From the IMG/VR virus record IMGVR_UViG_3300033480_000013, positions 1 through 28,291 of that record: a DNA stretch of 28,291 nt; one strand, written 5' to 3'. Numbering within the stretch: the first letter of the stretch is position 1; each line of letters opens with the position of its first letter. Shown one piece after another: positions 1-8,056 of this stretch. Origin of the DNA: a virus (taxonomy: Duplodnaviria; Caudoviricetes). A program made the position numbers and the translations under genes. The notes below the pieces were generated by a model that ran no database searches, was not told the DNA's origin, and saw only the letters and a list, made by a program, of their open reading frames with translations.

Positions 1-1
1 G

Positions 2-130
2 TTCGCGTCCATTGGAAAGATGATGATCGGCGGGGCGATTCAAGCGGCAGAGGAAGACATCGACGCGGCGCTAGCCGAGCTTCAGGACAAGCTGCTGACG
101 CATGATCTTGGCGGGAGAGGCTTGCCATGA
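2..130 (+). CDS. 3' end of a hypothetical protein, truncated by the window edge
   Basis: Open frame FASIGKMMIGG...GRGLP*. Its TGA (128-130) overlaps the next ATG (127). Confidence 0.55.
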   Translation, partial: FASIGKMMIGGAIQAAEEDIDAALAELQDKLLTHDLGGRGLP

Positions 131-318
131 TCCTCCTCCTCGTCATCTGCAACACCTGCACAGAACGGCGCATCGGCTCCTGGAAGCGCCCGCACCTGCT
201 GCGGAAGCGTCTTGCCGCGCGCGGGTGGAGGCACGTGGCGGCCGGCGGCAAGGACTACTGCCCGAAGTGCCTGGCCAACGGTGAGCGAAAGGCAAAGGCG
301 AAAGTCAAATGCGCCTAA
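127..318 (+). CDS. Small CxxC...CxxC zinc-binding phage protein
   Basis: CNTC ... GW ... DYCPKC; ATGA coupling to the upstream gene. Confidence 0.6.
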   Translation: MILLLVICNTCTERRIGSWKRPHLLRKRLAARGWRHVAAGGKDYCPKCLANGERKAKAKVKCA

Positions 319-398
319 CTCCCAACGAAGTCCTCGGCGTGGTCGCGATGGTGCTGATCCTCGTGGCCTACGTGGGGCTGATGGAGGCGCGACGGTGA
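309..398 (+). CDS. Putative 29-aa single-TM peptide (not in the ORF track)
   Basis: [29 protein letters not shown]. It fills the gap and its TGA overlaps the GTG at 395. Confidence 0.5.
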   Translation: MRLTPNEVLGVVAMVLILVAYVGLMEARR

Positions 399-655
399 AG
401 GAAATCCGCCCAGGCTGGGGAATCGGAGCCGACCTGACAGACCGGCAAGCCGAGATCGTGCACTTCATTGCGAACTTCTTCGCAGAGCACAACTACTGGC
501 CAACCCTGCGAGAAATCGGGAAGCACTTCGGCATCCGTTCGACCAACGGCGTGAACGACCATCTCCGCGCGTTGGAGCGCAAGGGATACATCAAGAGGCA
601 CCAACTCCTGTCGCGGGCCAACACGGTCCCGGAGTGGTTCGAATGGGTGGACTAA
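395..655 (+). CDS. LexA-type winged-helix DNA-binding domain protein lacking the S24 peptidase domain
   Basis: [12 protein letters not shown]...[33 protein letters not shown] is the LexA N-terminal pattern. Start reassigned to GTG 395 with GGAGG at 383-387; 86 aa. Confidence 0.85.
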   Translation: MKEIRPGWGIGADLTDRQAEIVHFIANFFAEHNYWPTLREIGKHFGIRSTNGVNDHLRALERKGYIKRHQLLSRANTVPEWFEWVD

Positions 656-726
656 TGGACCATGTAGCCGCCACTTTCGTCGAGGCGCTGGCGGGCGGGA
701 AGCCGAAGCTCAAGGTGGTGGCGTAG
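655..726 (+). CDS. Possible 23-aa peptide
   Basis: [28 protein letters not shown] overlap upstream; ends 2 nt before the next start. Confidence 0.35.
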   Translation: MDHVAATFVEALAGGKPKLKVVA

Positions 727-728
727 CA

Positions 729-1559
729 GTGGACTGGGCCAATGAGAGATATGTGCGCCTCTACGTCAGGGACACGACGACGTGGAAGCTGTTGCCATGG
801 CAGTCGAAGCTGCTACTGCCGGCGATCCTTCGAAAGCTCGACAGGTCTGGGATTCTTGATCTTGGGGACGATGGCGAAGAGGGGTTGGCGGCCGTCGTTG
901 AGGCGCCGGTTGACTTCATCAAGGCTGGGTTACCTGAGCTACTGCGACGCAAGGTGTTCCAGTTGGTGCGCGGGAAGCTGGTGATGCCCAACTATATGGC
1001 AGCCCAGGAGGCAAAGCAGAGCGACGCCCAGCGGAAGCGGGAAAGCAGGGAAAAACAGCGTGTTGCGGCTTTGGCGTCACCGCCTGTCACAGGTTGTCCA
1101 GAACCGTCACGCGAGGTCACTCCGAGCCTAACTGAGCCTAGCCTTGCCGAGTCTTCTCTCTCTTCTCTACCGGCTTCCGATCAAGCGCGCGCGGGTAGCA
1201 ATGGAGATGCCAAGGCACCAGAGCCACACCACTGGCTGAGCTACTTCAAGGCCCAGTACCACCGAACCAAGAGCCGCCAGTACGGGCAGGGAGAGGCAGA
1301 CGCGAAGGCTCTCGCGCGTCTCGGCGACCTCATGGGTACTACCGGGGCAGAGCAGTGCGCGGCCGATTGGGAGTCTCGCGAGCGCATCGTTGGCGAGTTC
1401 CTGGCAAGCACGGACGCGCGCACGGTGCAGGCCGGCTGGCCGTTCGCGTTCTTCGCGGCCAACTTCCGCGGGCTGGCGCTGCCACCGGAGAAGCGGCCAA
1501 AGCCTCCCGTGCGAGCCGCCGGCAACGGACAGCGCCCCGTGGTCTGGAGGTCCGAGTGA
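729..1559 (+). CDS. Phage replication initiator (lambda O-like/replisome organiser)
   Basis: Lies directly upstream of DnaB. N-terminal domain, then a charged helix (AQRKRESREKQR), then a low-complexity linker encoded by DNA repeats, then a C-terminal domain. Confidence 0.7.
   Translation: MDWANERYVRLYVRDTTTWKLLPWQSKLLLPAILRKLDRSGILDLGDDGEEGLAAVVEAPVDFIKAGLPELLRRKVFQLVRGKLVMPNYMAAQEAKQSDAQRKRESREKQRVAALASPPVTGCPEPSREVTPSLTEPSLAESSLSSLPASDQARAGSNGDAKAPEPHHWLSYFKAQYHRTKSRQYGQGEADAKALARLGDLMGTTGAEQCAADWESRERIVGEFLASTDARTVQAGWPFAFFAANFRGLALPPEKRPKPPVRAAGNGQRPVVWRSE
1076..1170 (+). repeat. Putative origin iterons inside the initiator gene
   Basis: GTCAC at 1076, 1086, 1106 and 1116, with the variant GTCCA at 1096. 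GAGCCTA at 1124 and 1134. Exact 10-bp phasing, then a pyrimidine tract at 1152-1168. Confidence 0.65.
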
Positions 1560-2995
1560 ACCTGGACGGACAGCTACCCCACGACGAAGCGGCCGAGCGG
1601 TCTGTCATCGGCGCCGCCCTACTGGCCCCAGACTTCGTGCTGGCCCGCGTTTCCGACCTGCTGGCCGAGGAGTTCTACATCCCGCACCACGTGGAGGCCT
1701 GGGCCGCGGTGCTGGCCGTCCACGGAGCCGGCAAGCCGGTCGACGTGCTGTCGCTGGCGGATCACCTGAAGCGCGAGAAGCTCGAAGGGCGCTTCCCGGG
1801 GGGGTTCCAGTCCTGGGCGGTGGCTGCAGCGGCAGAGGTCCCCACGGCAATGAACGTCGAGTTCTACGCCTCCATCGTGCACGACAAGGCGACGCTTCGA
1901 AAGACCATCACACTGTGCACGGAGCTGCAGGCCAGGGCCCTACAGGGAGAGCCGGCCGAGTCGGTCGTTGGGTTGGCGCGTTCAGGTGTCGCGGACCTCG
2001 AGTCGCGCGCGGCTGGCGGCGGGCCGGTGCTGCTCGAGGAGTCATTGGGGGCGGCCATCAACGAGATCGCTCGGCGCTGCGACCCGGATAGCCGCCACCT
2101 GATCCACACCGGGATCTCGACTTTGGACGAGAAGATTGGCGGGCTGGCGGCCGACGAGATGATTATCGTAGCCGGGAGGCCCGGGATGGGCAAGACGTCC
2201 CTTGCCGACGGCGTTGCAACCGACGCCGCACAGGTGGTGCCGGTACCGTTCCCGGTCCTGTTTTTCTCGCTCGAGATGTCGCGCCAGCAGATGGTCGAGC
2301 GCATTCTGTCGGCCAAGACCGGGATCCCGGCGTCCCACATGCGGAGCGGCCGGAACGACAAAGGCGAGCCCCTTGGCTTGCCAGAGCACAACGTGATGCT
2401 GACGGGCGCCGGCGGGCTCGAGGGGACGCGCCTCTACATCGACGACCGCCCCCTGTCGCTCGGCCAGATCCTTGGGCAGGCCAGGCGGTGGCACGCGAAG
2501 CACATCGTCCCCGCGGGCGCCGACGGCAACAAGGAGCTCGGGCTCGTCGTGGTCGACTACCTGCAGTTGGTACGGGTCGACAACGCGCGGGCATTCGGGA
2601 GTCGCGAACAGCAAGTAGCTTTCATCTCGGCCTCGTTCAAGGGGCTGGCCAAGGGTATCCACTGCCCCGTGATGGTCCTGTGCCAGCTCAACCGCGACGT
2701 CGAGAAGCGCGGCGGCGAGCCGATGTTGCAGGACCTGCGCGAATCGGGGGCGCTCGAGCAGGACGCCGACATCGTGATCTTTGTTCACCGTGAGTTCGAC
2801 CCAGAGGACCCGATGTCGAAGAACAAAGACGGTCCCGCGAAGCTCATCGTCGGGAAGAACCGCAACGGAGCAGTTGGTCCAGCGCTTGCCAACTGGATTG
2901 CCAAGACAATGACGTTCACGGCGCGCGACACGCGCCACGATGGATACACCGGGCCGGACACGAGAAGCGAACCACCGCCAGATTGGAGGGACTGA
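1556..2995 (+). CDS. dnaB: Replicative DNA helicase
   Basis: LPHDEAAERSVIG N-terminus, Walker A AGRPGMGKT, FSLEM, VVDYLQL, QLNR, DLRESGALEQDADIV, KNRNG. Start GTG 1556 (GTGA overlap, GGAGG at 1546-1550); 479 aa. Confidence 0.96.
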   Translation: MNLDGQLPHDEAAERSVIGAALLAPDFVLARVSDLLAEEFYIPHHVEAWAAVLAVHGAGKPVDVLSLADHLKREKLEGRFPGGFQSWAVAAAAEVPTAMNVEFYASIVHDKATLRKTITLCTELQARALQGEPAESVVGLARSGVADLESRAAGGGPVLLEESLGAAINEIARRCDPDSRHLIHTGISTLDEKIGGLAADEMIIVAGRPGMGKTSLADGVATDAAQVVPVPFPVLFFSLEMSRQQMVERILSAKTGIPASHMRSGRNDKGEPLGLPEHNVMLTGAGGLEGTRLYIDDRPLSLGQILGQARRWHAKHIVPAGADGNKELGLVVVDYLQLVRVDNARAFGSREQQVAFISASFKGLAKGIHCPVMVLCQLNRDVEKRGGEPMLQDLRESGALEQDADIVIFVHREFDPEDPMSKNKDGPAKLIVGKNRNGAVGPALANWIAKTMTFTARDTRHDGYTGPDTRSEPPPDWRD

Positions 2996-3198
2996 TGGCG
3001 ACCCCGATCGAGAACCTCGCTGATTGGCGCATCCACTGGGCCGCCGCCGATGCCGCCAAGGCTCGCGGCGAATGCTGGGACTGCCAACAGCGCGCTGGAT
3101 TCGCCGCAGTCGGGGCCGCTCACGGGCGCCCGGCGCTCCGGTTCGATTGCCACCGTTGCGCTCCACCGAGGAGGGCCAGCCATGCAAGCAGCCGATAG
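2995..3198 (+). CDS. Small zinc-ribbon-like hypothetical protein
   Basis: CWDC...CHRC; TGATG overlap with dnaB. Confidence 0.55.
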   Translation: MATPIENLADWRIHWAAADAAKARGECWDCQQRAGFAAVGAAHGRPALRFDCHRCAPPRRASHASSR

Positions 3199-3367
3199 GT
3201 TTGTCGCCGCCATCTCCCAACTCCTCTGCCTTCTCCTTGGCCACCGCTGCGCGCAGCTCGCCGGTCTGCCTGTCAGCGCCAACTGTGGAGGCCCTGGGTA
3301 TCGGCAGTGCTACACCTGCGACGAGACGTGCCCACGGTGTGGGCGGCCCTGCAGGCAGGTGAGGTAA
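3182..3367 (+). CDS. Small Cys-rich protein with a LCxxxGH...CxRCG pattern
   Basis: ATG 3182 preceded by GAGGAGG; LLCLLLGHRC...CYTC...CPRCG. Confidence 0.55.
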   Translation: MQAADRFVAAISQLLCLLLGHRCAQLAGLPVSANCGGPGYRQCYTCDETCPRCGRPCRQVR

Positions 3368-3377
3368 GGACAGCACG

Positions 3378-4766
3378 ATGAAAACCTATCAAGAATTCGT
3401 TTCGACCAAGATCCAGGCGCCGGCAATCTATGGGAATAACCCGGCGCCTGTACATCCGATGCTGTTCGACTTCCAGGAGGCGATCACGAGATGGGCAATC
3501 CGTCGAGGACGCGCGGCCATTTTCGCTGACTGCGGCCTTGGAAAGACGCTGTGCCAACTGGAGTGGGCGCGGCAGTCGGGAGAGCGCGTTCTAATTCTCG
3601 CCCCGCTCGCTGTCGCCGAGCAGACGATTTCCGAGGGCAGGCGCATCGGGCTTTCCGTCCGCAAGGTTGACCGCCCAGACGCGGAGCCTGGAATCCAGAT
3701 CACGAATTACGAGAAGCTGTCTCACTTCGTAGCCGTGCCATACGACGGGATCGTGCTGGACGAGTCAGGAATCCTCAAGAGCCTCGACGGCAAGACGCGC
3801 ACCATGTTGCTGCGCGAGTTCACCGGCATCCCACGACGGCTCTGCTGTACGGCGACCCCGGCCCCCAATGACTTAAGCGAGCTTGCCAACCACGCCGAGT
3901 TTCTTGGGGTGATGTCGCGGGTCGAGATGCTGGCAACATTCTTCGTCCACGACTCTGACCGCAGCGGGTCCGATGGGTGGAGGCTCAAGGGTCACGCGCA
4001 AGATGCGTTCTGGCGCTGGGTCGCCAAGTGGGCCACCTACGTGCGGATGCCGTCGGATCTCGGGTTCGACGATGGTGAGTTCAGGTTGCCAGAGCTGGCT
4101 ATCACGCAGGAGCTTGTGCGGGTCGATTGGAAACCCGAGGGCATGCTGTTCTCGGCCGGCCTCGGCGGAATCTCGGACCGTCGCGACGCCCGTCGGAATA
4201 CTCTCGACGCTCGCGTGGCCAGGTCTGCCGAGATCATCGGGTCAAGCGATGAACAGTGGCTCGTGTGGTGTGGGCTGAATGCCGAGGGCGACGGGCTGGA
4301 GAAGGCGCTTGGTGACGACTGCGAACAGATCGCCGGCTGCGACTCCGACGAGGAGAAGATCGAAAAGGAGCGACGGTGGCGAGCTGGCGAAGTGCGGACG
4401 CTCATTACCAAGTCGTCGATCTTCGGGTGGGGCATGAACTGGCAGCACTGTCGCAACATGCTGTTTCTCGGCATCGGCGACAGCTACGAGCAATACTACC
4501 AGTCGATTCGCCGGTGTTGGCGCTTCGGCCAGAAGCGGCCCGTTAATGCCATCATCGTGGTGAGCGATGCCGAGCAGACCGTCGCCGAGAATGTGCGCCG
4601 GAAGGAGAAGGACGCGGCTTCGCTCGCCGAGGGCATTGTTGCGCACGCGAAAGACGCCATGCGGGCCGAGGTGCGCGACGGGGAACGTCAACAGGAAACC
4701 TACAACCCAACCGTCAGGATGAAGCTGCCCGCGTGGGCGAAAGGATCGAAGGAATGCGCAGCGTGA
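3378..4766 (+). CDS. SF2 (SNF2-like) helicase of the phage helicase/methylase pair
   Basis: LFDFQ Q-motif, DCGLGKT, LDES, TATPAPND, FGWGMNWQ, QSIRRCWRFGQ. Confidence 0.9.
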   Translation: MKTYQEFVSTKIQAPAIYGNNPAPVHPMLFDFQEAITRWAIRRGRAAIFADCGLGKTLCQLEWARQSGERVLILAPLAVAEQTISEGRRIGLSVRKVDRPDAEPGIQITNYEKLSHFVAVPYDGIVLDESGILKSLDGKTRTMLLREFTGIPRRLCCTATPAPNDLSELANHAEFLGVMSRVEMLATFFVHDSDRSGSDGWRLKGHAQDAFWRWVAKWATYVRMPSDLGFDDGEFRLPELAITQELVRVDWKPEGMLFSAGLGGISDRRDARRNTLDARVARSAEIIGSSDEQWLVWCGLNAEGDGLEKALGDDCEQIAGCDSDEEKIEKERRWRAGEVRTLITKSSIFGWGMNWQHCRNMLFLGIGDSYEQYYQSIRRCWRFGQKRPVNAIIVVSDAEQTVAENVRRKEKDAASLAEGIVAHAKDAMRAEVRDGERQQETYNPTVRMKLPAWAKGSKECAA

Positions 4767-5644
4767 AGGTGCTGGACCAACGAATCGAGGCCGATTGGGC
4801 TCTGTACCACGGGGACACGATGGAGGTCATCAAGGGCATGGATGATGCCAGCATCGACCTCTCCGTGTTTTCTCCTCCGTTCGCATCGCTCTACACCTAC
4901 TCGGCGAGTGAGCGGGACCTTGGCAACTCCAAGGACTACGAGCAGTTCTTCGACGGGTTTGCCTTCCTGATTCGCGACCTGCTGCGGGTGACCAAGCCTG
5001 GGAGAATCGCTGCGGTCCACTGTCAGGATCTGAGCACGACCAAGGCCACCCATGGCGTGATAGGGCTGCGCGACTTCCCTGGCGACATCATCCGCGCGTT
5101 CTCCAAGGAAGGCTGGATCTACGACGGTCGCGTCACCATCGACAAGGATCCACAAGCGCAAGCCATCAGGACCAAGAGCAAGGCGCTGCTTTTCGTACAG
5201 CTCGAAAAGGACAGCACATGGTCTCGCCCGGCCATGGCCGACTACATCGTGCGATTCCGCGCGCCAGGTGACAACCCGGTGCGGGTGAAGCCGGACCTTA
5301 CCCGCGACGAATGGATCCTGTGGGCGCGCCCCATCTGGCAGGACATCGACGAATCCGACACTCTCAACACGGCGCTGGCGCGCGAGGAAAAGGACGAGCG
5401 CCACATCTGCCCACTGCAACTCGGGACCATCGAGCGGTGCGTGCGTCTTTGGTCCAATCCTGGCGAGGTTGTGTTCTCGCCGTTCGCTGGAATTGGAAGC
5501 GAAGGGGTGACGTCTCTTCGCCAGGGTCGCAGGTTCATCGGGTGCGAGCTGAAGGAAAGCTACTACAAGACAGCGCTGAGAAACCTTGAAGGCGCCGTCA
5601 GGCAGACCAGCATCTTCGACAGATTGAAAGGCTCGCCCCCATGA
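4763..5644 (+). CDS. N4-cytosine/N6-adenine DNA methyltransferase, beta-type motif order
   Basis: Catalytic FSPPF near the N-terminus, HICPLQL, SAM-binding FSPFAGIGSEG, GRRFIGCELK. Start at GTG 4763 or ATG 4754. Confidence 0.9.
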   Translation: MKVLDQRIEADWALYHGDTMEVIKGMDDASIDLSVFSPPFASLYTYSASERDLGNSKDYEQFFDGFAFLIRDLLRVTKPGRIAAVHCQDLSTTKATHGVIGLRDFPGDIIRAFSKEGWIYDGRVTIDKDPQAQAIRTKSKALLFVQLEKDSTWSRPAMADYIVRFRAPGDNPVRVKPDLTRDEWILWARPIWQDIDESDTLNTALAREEKDERHICPLQLGTIERCVRLWSNPGEVVFSPFAGIGSEGVTSLRQGRRFIGCELKESYYKTALRNLEGAVRQTSIFDRLKGSPP

Positions 5645-5865
5645 CCAAATCCATGCAACTCGGCGACGTCCCCAGCATCACGAACCCGCGCAAGCGCGTG
5701 CGGGCGAAGCGCCGGCCGGCGAAGGCCACCATGTGGCGGGGATGGGGCGTGCTATTTGGCGGGATCCTGAATACCCACGATGAGGTCATAGCGCGCGAAC
5801 TCGCAGCCAATGAGGGCGCCAAGCTCGTGCGCGTAACCGCCAAGCTGACGCCGGTGAAGCCATGA
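5641..5865 (+). CDS. Hypothetical protein
   Basis: ATGA overlaps at both ends. Confidence 0.55.
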   Translation: MTKSMQLGDVPSITNPRKRVRAKRRPAKATMWRGWGVLFGGILNTHDEVIARELAANEGAKLVRVTAKLTPVKP

Positions 5866-6167
5866 CCGACGCCGAGCGAGTGGCCGAGGCGCGCGTGATG
5901 CTGGCGAAGTGCATCGTCGAGTACCGAGGCGCATCCATCGGCCCCTCTCGTGATGTGGCGCTGGCGCTGGTCAACGACGCTATCGACGCCTTCGCCGCCG
6001 CCTGCGTTGCTGAGGCGTTCGAGTACCTTGCTGACGTCTACCAGAACTGCGCGAAGCAAGCGCGGCACAGCGTGAAGATGGACAACAGCCACCACTGGAT
6101 AGGTAAGGCGTGGGACCAGGCAGCTGTGATTGCCAAGCAGCAAGCCGAGAAAGCAGGCGGACGATGA
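5862..6167 (+). CDS. Hypothetical protein
   Basis: ATGA overlaps at both ends; protein-like composition. Confidence 0.6.
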   Translation: MTDAERVAEARVMLAKCIVEYRGASIGPSRDVALALVNDAIDAFAAACVAEAFEYLADVYQNCAKQARHSVKMDNSHHWIGKAWDQAAVIAKQQAEKAGGR

Positions 6168-6502
6168 GCACCATGCGGGAACGATGGGTGGCATGGATGG
6201 CCGAGGCCGGCTTCACCGGCGCAACCTTGGCCCAGGACGCGGTCAAGGCAGCCATGAACTTCGCCGAGTCCGAGGTTGCCCTTGCCCTTCAGCCGCGCGA
6301 GGTGGCTCCGGAGCTGGATGCGCTTAAGGTGGAGGCGTCGGTGGTGGTGTTTGTCAAGGCCGTTAGCCCAGACGAAGCGGTGGAATCTGCGGCGTGTGGC
6401 GATGGATGGGCAACGCGAGACGACGCGAAGTGTGAGGGCACTAGCGGCCACGTCTACGCCGTGACGCTGGTTGCCCGCCGCTGCGAGGAGCCGCGCAAGT
6501 GA
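6164..6502 (+). CDS. Hypothetical protein
   Basis: Start reassigned to ATG 6164 (ATGA overlap): MSTMRERWVAWM... Confidence 0.6.
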   Translation: MSTMRERWVAWMAEAGFTGATLAQDAVKAAMNFAESEVALALQPREVAPELDALKVEASVVVFVKAVSPDEAVESAACGDGWATRDDAKCEGTSGHVYAVTLVARRCEEPRK

Positions 6503-6660
6503 GGCGCCTGCTCAAGCTAGTTCTGTGCGCGCTCGGGTGTCACCGAGTTTCGCACAAGGTGCGCCGGATGGCGTGGGGCTGGCGCGGCTTCTGCGACAGG
6601 TGCGGAAGAGACGTGATCAACGGCCGCGTGGTTACGCCGAAGTGGTGGGGGCTGCCATGA
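6499..6660 (+). CDS. 53-aa Cys/His protein with a LCxLGxH...CDRCG pattern (not in the ORF track)
   Basis: MRRLLKLVLCALGCHRVSHKVRRMAWGWRGFCDRCGRDVING...GLP*; GTGA and ATGA overlaps. Confidence 0.55.
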   Translation: MRRLLKLVLCALGCHRVSHKVRRMAWGWRGFCDRCGRDVINGRVVTPKWWGLP

Positions 6661-6728
6661 CCCGCCTTTACGCCGCCCTGCTTTGGATGTCCTGGTTCTG
6701 CCTGACGTGTATCGAGGGGGTGGGGTGA
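6657..6728 (+). CDS. Possible 23-aa hydrophobic peptide
   Basis: MTRLYAALLWMSWFCLTCIEGVG*; coupled by overlaps on both sides. Confidence 0.35.
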   Translation: MTRLYAALLWMSWFCLTCIEGVG

Positions 6729-8056
6729 TGGCATGCGGCGCCTACTACAACGAGATCGAGCCATTCGCCGCGCAGTGGTTGCGCAAGCTGATCGCGGCCA
6801 ACCTCATCGCGCCGGGAGACGTTGACGAACGGAGCATCCGAGATGTCCAGCCAACTGACCTTCGCGGCTATCGACAGTGCCACTTCTTTGCCGGCATCGG
6901 CGTCTGGTCCCATGCCTTGCGCCTCGCTGGCTGGCCCGACGACCGCGAAGCCTGGACCGGCTCTTGCCCATGCCAGCCCTTCAGCGTTGCCGGCTCCCAG
7001 CTCGGCACCGCAGACGAGCGCCACCTGTGGCCCGAGTTCTTCCGGCTCATCCGCGAGTGCCGCCCTCCAGTCGTCATTGGCGAGCAGGTTGCGGGCCCGG
7101 CTGCCCTTGCCTGGTTTGACCTTGTTTCGGCTGACCTGGAAGGAGCGGGTTACGCCGTCGGGGCGGCGGATCTCTGCGCTGCGAGCCTCGGCGCCCCGCA
7201 CATCCGGCAGCGCCTCTACTGGGTGGGCCACGCCGGCCGGACACGAAGCTGGCGGGACGCCGGAGCAGTTCCTGGAACGGAAGCGCAAGGCGGTGGCGAA
7301 CGGCGCAGAACTCGGGGTGTCGCTGACGAGCCTATCGCTTCAGGCCCAACTCTCGGGATGGCCAACTCCAGACGCTCACCCGGACGCACCGAACAGCTCG
7401 ACGAACCGAGGCAAGGACTACGGCGGGAACCGGGCCAGGCTGACTGTGCAGGGATTGGGGAATGTGGCGAGGCTGGCGCCATGGCCGACGCCACGCCGAG
7501 AGGACAGCGAATCGACGGGGGCGCACCACGGGACGCCGGACACGCTCCACAGTGCGAGCCAGCTTGCGACGTGGCCAACGCCGAATGCAACGGGAGCGGA
7601 TCGTGGCGGCCAGGCGGAGCGGACGGGCCAGCGGAGGTCGAATCTGATCGACACGGCGCAACTGGCAGGATGGGCGACGCCAGTCAGGCAGGACAGCCAT
7701 GGCCACGGGAGAACGACGGAGGATGTTGGAACAGCGACACACCACACCGGCCAGACGCTAGTGGACCACGCGCGCTTGGCGGTTTCTGGGAAAACGCCCA
7801 CTGGCTCCACTGCACCGACGGAAAAGCGCGGCCAGTTGAACCCCAATCTGAGCCGTTGGCTGATGGGGCTGCCGGTAGCTTGGGACTTGTGCGCGCAACA
7901 GGTTATCCCCCGTATGAAGACCAGGAAGTTGTATTCTTCGCGCCCCTCATTGCCGGAGGTAAAAGCCGCGCTGCGAGGCTACGGGGGTACGGCAACGCGC
8001 TCTGCGAGCCCGTCGCGCAAGAGTTCATCGAAATCGTGATGGAGTGCTGCCAGTGA
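6728..8056 (+). CDS. C5 cytosine DNA methyltransferase, 'alpha' chain (motifs I-VIII and X)
   Basis: AYYNEIEPFAAQWL, FFAGIG (I), GSCPCQPFSVAG (IV), GEQV (VI), APHIRQRLYWV (VIII), RLRGYGNA (X). The middle is low complexity and this frame has no motif IX. Confidence 0.9.
   Translation: MACGAYYNEIEPFAAQWLRKLIAANLIAPGDVDERSIRDVQPTDLRGYRQCHFFAGIGVWSHALRLAGWPDDREAWTGSCPCQPFSVAGSQLGTADERHLWPEFFRLIRECRPPVVIGEQVAGPAALAWFDLVSADLEGAGYAVGAADLCAASLGAPHIRQRLYWVGHAGRTRSWRDAGAVPGTEAQGGGERRRTRGVADEPIASGPTLGMANSRRSPGRTEQLDEPRQGLRREPGQADCAGIGECGEAGAMADATPRGQRIDGGAPRDAGHAPQCEPACDVANAECNGSGSWRPGGADGPAEVESDRHGATGRMGDASQAGQPWPRENDGGCWNSDTPHRPDASGPRALGGFWENAHWLHCTDGKARPVEPQSEPLADGAAGSLGLVRATGYPPYEDQEVVFFAPLIAGGKSRAARLRGYGNALCEPVAQEFIEIVMECCQ
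6843..8039 (+). CDS. Overlapping alternative-frame 'beta' chain of the C5 methyltransferase
   Basis: 398-codon frame nested in the alpha gene, with GGAG at 6831-6834 before ATG 6843. Five W[PA]TP repeats and a motif IX-like GQLNPNLSRWLMGLPVAW at 7830-7883. Confidence 0.75.
   Translation: MSSQLTFAAIDSATSLPASASGPMPCASLAGPTTAKPGPALAHASPSALPAPSSAPQTSATCGPSSSGSSASAALQSSLASRLRARLPLPGLTLFRLTWKERVTPSGRRISALRASAPRTSGSASTGWATPAGHEAGGTPEQFLERKRKAVANGAELGVSLTSLSLQAQLSGWPTPDAHPDAPNSSTNRGKDYGGNRARLTVQGLGNVARLAPWPTPRREDSESTGAHHGTPDTLHSASQLATWPTPNATGADRGGQAERTGQRRSNLIDTAQLAGWATPVRQDSHGHGRTTEDVGTATHHTGQTLVDHARLAVSGKTPTGSTAPTEKRGQLNPNLSRWLMGLPVAWDLCAQQVIPRMKTRKLYSSRPSLPEVKAALRGYGGTATRSASPSRKSSSKS

Noticed and set aside
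1355-1555. N-terminal extension of DnaB; possible intein in DnaB
   Set aside because: The extension overlaps the initiator gene off-frame. From 1556 the protein has ordinary length and contiguous motifs.
4733-4766. Broken helicase-methylase fusion or programmed frameshift
   Set aside because: The junction is a normal GTGA coupling with an AAGGA RBS, and no slippery site is evident.
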